From positions 1,027 to 65,026 of the forward strand of contig CAWAYW010000019.1 of the NCBI GenBank assembly GCA_963786325.1: DNA of 64,000 bases, read 5' to 3'. This document shows, piece after piece, positions 38,956 through 46,983 of this stretch (position 1 is its first letter; the number at the start of each line of letters is the position of its first letter). This DNA comes from Terriglobia bacterium. GTDB lineage: Bacteria; Acidobacteriota; Terriglobia; Terriglobales; Acidobacteriaceae. The notes beneath the pieces were generated by a model. The model made no database searches. It saw only the letters and a program-made list of their open reading frames with translations, and was not told the origin of the DNA. Made by a program: the position numbers and the translations under genes.

Positions 38956-39031
38956 GGGCGCGTAGCTCAGTTGGCAGAGCAATGCCCTTTTAAGGCATGG
39001 GTCGATGGTTCGAGTCCATCCGCGCTCACCA
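38956..39031 (+). tRNA. tRNA-Lys (anticodon TTT)
   Basis: GGGCGCG-TA-GCTC-AGTTGGCA-GAGC-A-ATGCC-CTTTTAA-GGCAT-GGGTC-GATGG-TTCGAGT-CCATC-CGCGCTC-A-CCA. All four stems pair (one G-U), and CCA is encoded. Confidence 0.9.
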
Positions 39032-39098
39032 TATAACCGTTTGACTCCATGGAGTTTCCTCCCTGAGTTGTCTTGGATTCCAAGTTTGCCCAAAGCTG

Positions 39099-39120
39099 AT
39101 TGTGCCCAGAATTGTGCCCA
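39099..39120 (+). repeat. Tandem decamers ATTGTGCCCA-GA-ATTGTGCCCA (12-bp period)
   Basis: Read directly from the sequence, ~105 nt 3' of the tRNA-Lys anticodon loop. It is analogous to the repeat at 41029-41050. Confidence 0.6.
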
Positions 39121-39913
39121 CCCAGCCGATGACAGGCGCACCTCAATAAAAATGGCCCAACCCGGGTTAAAGTTGGGCCTTGCAGGATGTGCTTGGAGGT
39201 TACTGATGCGATAGTGAGGTGTGCCCCCGAGATTGGATACTGGCAACAGTGACAGACCAAGTTGGGGGGCGGCACGCCTCTTCCGTGGGGCAACGCAGGT
39301 TTCGGTCCTAATAGTGCGTTGGCGCAAAATAACTAGTTAACGATAAGGGGACGTGCGGGAAGCAGCGCAGCATATTCCACGACTCTTTCTCCCTTATCGC
39401 TTGGGGAGACATCGAACGTGCAGTTTACGAACTGGACATTGGAAAGCTTGAGGTCACCGCCTTCATAACGTATATGAGTTCCGATAAAGGTCGCGCCCTG
39501 CCACTCAAAGCCATCTAGTAACTGAGATCCACCTTGATGGTTATGCCGTTCGCCAAGGATGGTCTAAGCGGAGGACCTAGGACAAATGCTTCGCTGGACT
39601 GACCGCGGAGGTCGACGGCAAACCCGTCTATGACAAGGAAAGGGGCCGTGATCCCAAATGCCGCCTTACTGGGGTTCGGCGGCAACCGATAAGATGTTGT
39701 CTGTAGCGCCGAACGGTACTCAGCTAGGGTCGTCTTCGCAGCGAACACGGAGCCACCTCCCGCGTAGCATCCCGGATGATTGGCAGAGAGTCGGCAGGCG
39801 GGCCGGGATGCGCCCGCCCTTTCGGGAGCTACCCTAGCCGATTCGCAGAGAAGTTTACTCTTGGCCGCTACGAAAACGTTCTCTCGCGACCAGGAATGGC
39901 GCGTCAGGAGGTT

Positions 39914-40180
39914 TTACTGCAACTTGGCGTACTCTGCCTTGGCTTCCTTCAGGATGGGAATGTCGGGATCGGCGTCTTTCCAGAGGGTGAGGAAGTCTTT
40001 GTAGGCGGCAAGCGCCCGGACGCGGGCAGCATCGGCATCCGCTCCCTGCGAGGTTCTCGACTGTAAGGCGTTGGCACGAGCTACTCCCAGATGCGCCAAC
40101 GCTCCCGTCCAGCAGTTCCAGACGATGCCGCCGTGGTCGAGAATCTTCTGGAACTCGGCGGCAGCTTCAGGCTTTCCCCG
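39914..40180 (-). pseudogene. C-terminal remnant of a TPR / Ser-Thr-kinase-type gene
   Basis: The frame reads ...AAAEFQKILDHGGIVWNCWTGALAHLGVARANALQ...AAYKDFLTLWKDADPDIPILKEAKAEYAKLQ*. I recognise this as the conserved C-terminus of many acidobacterial TPR proteins. No start codon and no upstream domains are present. Confidence 0.5.
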
Positions 40181-40514
40181 GCGCTGTGGCGCGCTTGGGC
40201 TTTCTGGTTCCGCTTGCCTACGCGGTTTACAATGATTCTCGTAACCCCTTCGCGTTGGGGTAGGGGTTGCTGCGCATTCCTCGCGCAGTTCCCTGCCTGA
40301 ATTACGTGTTTCCGGTCAAATCTCCAGGTGCGTCTAATTGATCGGTTCGGGCTGCTGTTTGCGCTGGAGCAAAGACCGTCATCCCCATCTTGGCTAAGAT
40401 TTTCTGTGTTCCTGACTGAGCGGATGTTGGCACCCCGTAGAGGGGCGTCGGCCGCGATCTAACCACGGTCAGGAACAACCCTCCCCTCGTCCTTTTCCCT
40501 GGTCGGCTTAGTCA

Positions 40515-40736
40515 CTAGGCTGCGTCGGCAGCCGTTTCGTGGAGTTTGCTTAATCGCTTCCGAATTGCAACGGGAAGGCTTAAGAGGTAGTCGGCGGCCA
40601 CACTTTCCAGGTAGTCCCGGTGCTCTTGCAAGGCAGATTGAAGTTCACCAAGTGCGCGCTCCAACTCGGGACCATCTGGCGCAAGCACTGCGTTATGGCT
40701 TAGCTCATCGATGAGATCTTCTGGGGTCATGGTCAT
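40515..40736 (-). CDS. Hypothetical small acidic helical protein (73 aa)
   Basis: ATG-initiated ORF in an otherwise ORF-poor stretch. There is no recognisable domain. Confidence 0.3.
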   Translation of the reverse strand: MTMTPEDLIDELSHNAVLAPDGPELERALGELQSALQEHRDYLESVAADYLLSLPVAIRKRLSKLHETAADAA

Positions 40737-40905
40737 GGGGGAACCCCTGATTGGAATGGTTGAACTGCCTGACAGTATATAAGGGGACCTGTCAACTTTG
40801 CCAGTATCTAATCCGTCGTCTTTGTGCTTGAGCTACGTGGTTCGGGCTCATAGTTTGCTTTTCAGGCAATCAATTGAGCACGACACTTGGGCTCTTGGGC
40901 TTGAC

Positions 40906-41152
40906 TTCGCTTAATTCGCTTAATTCGCATTCGCTAGAGACAGAAAAGTGCTTCCCCAGCCCTAGGAGAGAGACTCTTTAGTTAACTATAGTTAATATAA
41001 GTTTATATCTATAGGGAAGAAGCGAATTCGGTTGCACATACGGTTGCACAGAACTTCCCAACTGCTAGCCTTCCCTTCCGAATGGCAGGGTATCTGTCCG
41101 AATGGAAGGTACTGATTCCTATAGGTGGGGTTCTGTTCCGAAGGTGGAAGGC
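40906..41152. repeat. Cluster of short direct repeats flanking an AT-rich palindrome (iteron-like or arm-site-like)
   Basis: GCTTAATTC x2 lies at 40906-40934 and the palindrome TTAACTATAGTTAA at 40982-40995, inside an AT-rich ~40 bp. CGGTTGCACA-TA-CGGTTGCACA lies at 41029-41050, TCCGAATGG(C/A)AGG x2 at 41077-41111, and a degenerate third copy at 41137-41152. Confidence 0.65.
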
Positions 41153-41156
41153 GCTA

Positions 41157-41194
41157 TTAAAAGGGCATTGCTCTGCCAACTGAGCTACGCGCCC
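41157..41194 (-). pseudogene. Partial tRNA-Lys: 38-nt copy of the 5' half, ending in the anticodon loop
   Basis: The reverse complement is GGGCGCGTAGCTCAGTTGGCAGAGCAATGCCCTTTTAA. It is identical to 38956-38993, and identity stops right after the anticodon loop. Confidence 0.85.
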
Positions 41195-41229
41195 ATCTTA
41201 TTGATTACACTGACGTCGCCTTGATTTCA

Positions 41230-41720
41230 GCAACTCGCACAAAACGCTTGGTGCTAGTTTTGGTGTCAGTTCCGTTCCCGGCATGGCTGACCAACTCTGA
41301 ACAGCGGCAAGGTCGTGCGCGGGAGCTAAATGTGGTTAACGCATTGTCATCTGGATTGTCTGATGTCCCATGAGTTCGGCCACAGCGCGAATGTCAACTC
41401 CAGCCGTCACCAACCGACGCAAAACTATGTCGTAAAGAATAACACGTCAAGTCATCTATTTTGGCGTTGGCCATAGCTTTATCAAACCAGTGCTGTAGCC
41501 GTTGAACGGGAAGACCTGCGAACCGTTCGACGCCAGTTTCTTCAACGCAGCGAGTCGACAGTGTTCTAACAATCAAGTAAGGCAATATCTCTCCCTTCAA
41601 AGTCACGTGTAAAGGAACACTTCTCAATGGGACTGTGACGGCTAACTAAATACGCCTCATTTTTCGTCGTGGGCACCCTGGGTGTTGTCAGTTGGGCAAA
41701 AGTAGTCGCTCTGGTGATTC
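41230..41720 (-). pseudogene. Decayed paralogue of the 37799-38923 integrase
   Basis: WFDKAMANAKIDDLTCYSLRHSFAS is followed by a frameshift, then GVDIRAVAELMGHQTIQMTMR*PHLAPAHDLAAV. The intact copy reads MTMRYAHLAPAHNLAAV, so a TAA replaces the catalytic Tyr codon. Further stops lie upstream. Confidence 0.7.
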
Positions 41721-42352
41721 AGGAGCCTGTTTTCAAAGGGGAAATAGCGCGCTGAGGCTCCCGATGTCCCGAGCCGTCAAACGTGGGATCTCAAATTTAG
41801 TTGCCAGGTTTCTGCCGTTCCAACCACGACGCAGCATCCGTCCGCAAAATCCTAAGATCTTTCGTGGCATCCCCGAGAGCTTCTCTTTCTTGCTGAATCC
41901 CGTCGGTGGTCTTGCGAAAGCACCAGCCGTCTTTCATGAATCTCAGATTCGGCAGCATCAAGTCATTCCGCCATCTTCGTCCAATCGGTTTCGAGCAGTG
42001 CCCATTGTATATGTCGGGCCAGCTATAGTTGGACACAGAGTCGCCTCAGCCAGCCGATTGAAATCCGTTTTGCTCGGTGGTCCTGCGCAAACTATCTAAT
42101 GCGAACAAGGCGTCCCGCGGTGCGGCTTGATCCTTCGATTTCGAGTCTTCGACGCGAACAGCAATCACACCACGCGCATCAGCGATCTGTGGCAGAAGTT
42201 TTGCGGGTCTGTTTCCAATAAAGCGATTTGCCGGAGTTGCCGCCAACGATGAGACCCCGCGTCAAACATGCTTCACTTATGGTCTGAAGAGTGTTAATTT
42301 TCGGCACGCTGGCGTACTGACCACAGCAGTGACTGGTTGTGATTGGAGCCAC

Positions 42353-42730
42353 TTAAGCTGCCGATCTACTAATCAGCGCTTCGGCCTGAGGCAGCAAGTC
42401 AGTGGTCACGTTGCTCTTGTGAACCACGGCATGAATTCCAGCATCACGAGATAGTCGCTCTACCTCGGGACCATTGTGGTTGGAAAACAGAATGATGTAG
42501 ACACGGGGCAGGATCTTTATCAACAACGGGGCCGCCTCCAGACCGTTCATCACAGGCATCGCTAGGTCCAAGACGATCAAGTCGGGGCGGAGTGTTGGAG
42601 CTTTCTCAACAGCCTCTCGACCGTGTTCTGCCTCGCCGCACACTTCAAACTTCGGATGGACAGTAAACAGCCGTCGAACAGCGAGTCTCACGACAGCGTT
42701 ATCGTCCACGAGTAGCACCCTATTCTTCAT
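42353..42730 (-). CDS. Single-domain response regulator (CheY-like receiver)
   Basis: 125 aa with LLVDDN, the phospho-acceptor context LIVLDLAMPVMNG and a conserved Lys region (HAVVHKS). There is no output domain. Confidence 0.85.
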   Translation of the reverse strand: MKNRVLLVDDNAVVRLAVRRLFTVHPKFEVCGEAEHGREAVEKAPTLRPDLIVLDLAMPVMNGLEAAPLLIKILPRVYIILFSNHNGPEVERLSRDAGIHAVVHKSNVTTDLLPQAEALISRSAA

Positions 42731-44259
42731 TACAGCAACTCGTTAGCTTTGAGCGGCTAGGATGCGTGGGCTGTAATTAGGTTGTCTTTTGTATTTCATT
42801 GAGGTCGGCAGGAGTTACTCGCTGCCAACGTCAAAACGGTCGGGTCCCGACGAGGTCTTGCGCGTTCTCCAATCGGGATAATTGGTTTTTCCACTTAGAT
42901 CGAGCGCAGCACCTGCATAGCGTCGGCCATCGCTTGTCGCTCGAGCTCTTCTTTGGGCGCGTCTACAATCGCTTGTTGTCGTAGAAAAATTGAGGACACG
43001 TTGCTGCAGCTGTTGCGGGTCGGTTTTCGACCAGTGCGGCAATAAAATTGGGTTTGCCAGTCGAGAAATATCAGGTCTTGGTCAGGGGGGAAGTTTTGCT
43101 CACGCATGGGGAGCCTCCCACGTAAAACGCTGTTACGCCAGTGAATACCTGCTCGTAAAACATTGACCCGTACGGTGCCGTACCGACAACCGAGCTATTA
43201 AAACGCAATTTCAATGATGTTTCCATGCCAATCAAACGCAATCTTAGGGTTGCAAAATGGCTAGGCAAAATCCCCGCAGTCGGAGTCTGTACCCTGTGTG
43301 ATCGATTGTTTGCGGTTCCGATGACTGCGTTGAAGAGGGTTGCCGACGCGCAAGAAAGTTTGCGCCTCCAATTCACAGAACATAAATGTAAGACAGGCAG
43401 CTAGACTTTTTTGCGACCAGACTTTGCATTCGTAGTGCGCTTCGCCGTTTTACGAGCACGCTGTTTGGCCAGCACTCGCTCAGCCGCGCGGCTTTCCTTT
43501 TCGTAGAGGGATTCGCCTGGACTTTCAAAGGCGATGCTATCGTTCGGTATCCTACCTCGTCTTGTCGGCATCCACGAAATCTAGCAAGAAACCAGGATCT
43601 AGGTCGGTACGTTGAGCGTAGGGCTACTCATGCAGAGCCAATGTTGATTGCGGCCCTACGCTGGCGTCAACCCCATCGGGATTTTCAATTTTAAGCACAT
43701 CTTCCATTGACACTGGTAAGCCGCAACTTCTGGGGCGCATTGTGTGCCCGCACTTGTCGCAGATGTACCTTGCCATCCATATGTGCGATCCTCGGGCGGA
43801 ACTCAAACTCTAGAACCCAAAAAGGGCATCGAACAATGTCGCTCATTTGGACTCCAGGGTAGGTAGGTCAACCAATTAGGCAACGCTCAGTAGCAGGCCG
43901 AACTCAGTGACGCCGAGACGGACTTCAATTTCAAGAATACGATGCTTGACGTATCCGTTCTCGCTCATGTGGGCTGTGGCTGTGTCTTGCTTGCCACAGA
44001 CTAATTTGTCCATCGGATTGCGTTTCTCGAAGTCGGGATCGGACTGTCGGCAGAATTTGCAATCTCGTCTTGTAAGAGTGGCTGTTAGAGGTCTCAGGTG
44101 AAGGCGTTCCATGAGGGCTCCTTAGGCTGGCTATCGGCATACCGTACAGGTAAGGACTGCACTCTGGCAAGACACAAAAATCCACAGCTTGTTTAGCGAC
44201 CACATAGCGAAAGATGGCAGACTTCGTCAAGGGACGAATCCCGTGATCGCACGCAGACT

Positions 44260-46875
44260 TTATCGCACCTTGCTACTAAAACGGATGGTAATTCTCTCAC
44301 GAACGTAGGGGTCAGAACCGGCTGGCATGCTGACTTTGATCTTTGCGTTCTCCGCGTCGATCTTCACCAGCTCTGCGCCCTCCACGGACTCGACCTGAGC
44401 GGGATTCCATAGTCCAATCTCATACTGCTTTGCGGCAGCGCCGGCAACGTCCAGCATTAGATTCTCGCGGCCGGAAGACCAGGTTTCGGACATTACTCGC
44501 AGACCCACGCTGGGACTTCCAAGCGTCGGCAAAGCGGGAGACAGGCTGAGACCAAAATCGTTTTTCAAGCGGATACGTAGGGTGTTGGTCTCGCCCAAAA
44601 CCGGGAATTGCACGGTAACGTGCTGGTCAACGCCGCTTTCGCGGACCTGAAAAGGCAGGCGATGTCCATTCAGCTCTGCGCCCAACACTTGGGCTCGAAG
44701 ACTGATGGCGGGAGAGAACTCGAAATTGCAATCGCCCTGACCCAACCGTCCGACTTCCAACGTAATCTCGTTCGCCGCCTTGCGATAAGCGATGCGCAAG
44801 GAAGTCGTTCCCACGTGTAGATTGTCGAGCTTGAACTGCTCCCAATTGGCGGGTAGGTGGGGAGAAAGTGTCAGGCGTTTCGCCCCCGCATCGGTTGCAA
44901 GACCAAAGAGACCTTTCAACACCGGGCTGATGATCATGGCCGCGGACCACACCTGATGCGGAGAGCTGGTAGAAAGCGGCTGGTAATAGTCGCCGGAGAG
45001 CACCTCGGTGACGTGACCCAAAGAGCCATCGAGGGCCAGTTGGGCATTCGCCATCAGATTCGAATAGGCCGGCAGAGCGCGGTGGTATCGGTATTCGCTA
45101 ACCGAGGCCCAGCCGGTGAAGAGCGGCCAGACCGAGCCAAAGTGGTATCCACCTGCGCTGTATTTGGCGGCCTGGGAAGAGATAATTCTCATTCCCCAAT
45201 CAGCTTCGTTCTCAGGTTCCGCCAACTGCGTGATCGTAGCATTGGCCTTTTCTTCGTCCAGAAGTCCAAACCACATGGGGACGGTGGCCAGCACGCTCAA
45301 TTCATCGACTTGCCGATTCTGCTGATCCAGGGCAAAAGCGAAGCGGTTCTTATCAGTGAGCCAGAAATTTTTATTCACCAACGGTTGCTGGCGGGCGAAA
45401 TCGTCCGCAAGTTTTTTACTGAGGTCTTCCCTGCCCGTCAAGTTGGCTAGATTGGAAAGCGCTCGCAAAGCTTCCGCCCCCAAGCCACTCTGGTAAAGTT
45501 CGGTTTTTACGGGAAGCAACGGTCCGCCTTCGACCCATCCATGGCCGATTCCGAAATTCTGCGGCAGTCCTTGCGAATCGTAAGTGGAAAGCAAAAAGCG
45601 ATAGGCCCTCCACAGGTTGTCCCATTTCTGCTGGGCGAACGCCAAGTCGCCACCGGCGACTACATAGTCATTCACCGCGATAATGTAGAGGGGCGTCGCA
45701 TCCGCAGAGGCGAATGGATAAGGATAGTCGGTGAACCACGGCACGAAATTGGCACCCTGGGAAATTTCGTGAGGAACCTTGCCATCGGCGCGCTGATACT
45801 GACTCAAGAATTCGAGCGCGGTGCGCGTGCTGGCGAAATCGCCCTCGGCATTGAGCGCCAGAGACGTCCAAAGTGAGTCGCGGCCGAAAAACCACGCGAA
45901 GCCGGGACGCTGGCTCCCGCCCGAGGTACGGTATCCGGCGATCAATCCAGTACCCAAATAGGGATTTGTCACCATCCCTTGAAGCACACTGATGCGCGAC
46001 CAGTCGTAGGCTTGCTGTAACCGGCCATCGGGGATTTCGACTTTGACCGTATGGTCGAGGTAAGCACGGTAGTAGTCGACCGACTCTTTCTCCAAGGCGG
46101 CGTAATTATTGATGAGGTAATGGTAGGTGGCTTCCGCCTGTGCCATTCCATTTGTAGAAGCTGCCAATGCAATGATCTTCGTTGACTTCCCTTTTGCGGT
46201 TACTCCGAGATGGAAAGAGTTTTCCTTTGAACTGGAATAGTTCGTGTCATATTCCTCGCGTACTTCCCCAGCGGTAGGAGAGCCAACAAAGGCAGAGAAT
46301 TTTTTCTGCTCTTCGCCAAAGTAAAAAGCATTCAGCTTGGCATCCCAGTATCCGTAGGTGCCACCCAATCCGGCGGGCCATTCCAGCTGAAAATCGCGCT
46401 CAAACACCGCTTCAACATCCAAAGGCCGGGCGGTTTCGATCTCGATGATGATTACCGCTCCCGCTTCATGCACGGGAACAAACAGCGTTTCCCGAACGGC
46501 AAAAGTGTCGCTCGTATATAGGATCGTGCTCGACTCCGGGCGCACGGTGGTTGTTCGCGCAAGCGTTTCCGCAGAGATAACCCGGCCATCGTGGTAAAAG
46601 CGGAGATGGAAGTCGCGCAGAATCTTCAGCGGGTATACCCAGGCTTCAAACTGACCCGATTCATTTCCGAATAACCCCGCCTTCGTACCGGTGATTGGAA
46701 GGAACTCCCAGGGACGGTCAGTCCTGGAAAGCTCCATCGCGGACGGTGATAGAACCTGGTTGGACGCAGCCACGTCGGCTGCCCGCGAGGATGTTAGAAG
46801 AGAGAGTAGTACGGCAACGAATAGGATCACGCGAGATGCAGCCACGGAAGGCGAAGGGAAAGATTTGATCTTCAT
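44260..46875 (-). CDS. Secreted six-hairpin glycosidase-like protein (GDE_C / amylo-alpha-1,6-glucosidase-related)
   Basis: The likely start is Met14 (MKIKSF..., signal peptide). FAWFFGRDSLWTSLAL and HGWVEGG are typical of the GDE_C-type (alpha/alpha)6 fold. There is a C-terminal beta-rich extension. Confidence 0.65.
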   Translation of the reverse strand: MKIKSFPSPSVAASRVILFVAVLLSLLTSSRAADVAASNQVLSPSAMELSRTDRPWEFLPITGTKAGLFGNESGQFEAWVYPLKILRDFHLRFYHDGRVISAETLARTTTVRPESSTILYTSDTFAVRETLFVPVHEAGAVIIIEIETARPLDVEAVFERDFQLEWPAGLGGTYGYWDAKLNAFYFGEEQKKFSAFVGSPTAGEVREEYDTNYSSSKENSFHLGVTAKGKSTKIIALAASTNGMAQAEATYHYLINNYAALEKESVDYYRAYLDHTVKVEIPDGRLQQAYDWSRISVLQGMVTNPYLGTGLIAGYRTSGGSQRPGFAWFFGRDSLWTSLALNAEGDFASTRTALEFLSQYQRADGKVPHEISQGANFVPWFTDYPYPFASADATPLYIIAVNDYVVAGGDLAFAQQKWDNLWRAYRFLLSTYDSQGLPQNFGIGHGWVEGGPLLPVKTELYQSGLGAEALRALSNLANLTGREDLSKKLADDFARQQPLVNKNFWLTDKNRFAFALDQQNRQVDELSVLATVPMWFGLLDEEKANATITQLAEPENEADWGMRIISSQAAKYSAGGYHFGSVWPLFTGWASVSEYRYHRALPAYSNLMANAQLALDGSLGHVTEVLSGDYYQPLSTSSPHQVWSAAMIISPVLKGLFGLATDAGAKRLTLSPHLPANWEQFKLDNLHVGTTSLRIAYRKAANEITLEVGRLGQGDCNFEFSPAISLRAQVLGAELNGHRLPFQVRESGVDQHVTVQFPVLGETNTLRIRLKNDFGLSLSPALPTLGSPSVGLRVMSETWSSGRENLMLDVAGAAAKQYEIGLWNPAQVESVEGAELVKIDAENAKIKVSMPAGSDPYVRERITIRFSSKVR

Positions 46876-46983
46876 GCAGGAGAACCCATACAGGATACGC
46901 GCCCGAACTTGCAAAGTCGCGATGCCCTTAATAAAGTAGGGACGAATTCCAGCGCGAGCCCGCTTTGGGAAGGTACCACCCTT

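Larger units (their letters stand above)
33767..39031. mobile_element. Candidate pipolin-like integrative element (PolB module + integrase + tRNA-Lys junction); left end undefined
   Basis: Gene content is HTH, PolB-like, 325-aa unknown, small basic protein and tyrosine integrase, and the block abuts tRNA-Lys. I found no direct repeat that marks the left boundary. Confidence 0.5.

Noticed and set aside
41692-42246. ORFs of 135, 79 and 66 aa between the integrase pseudogene and the response regulator
   Set aside because: They overlap one another and have no recognisable domains. The region probably contains the decayed 5' part of the integrase pseudogene or other relics, and I could not align them convincingly to the intact integrase.
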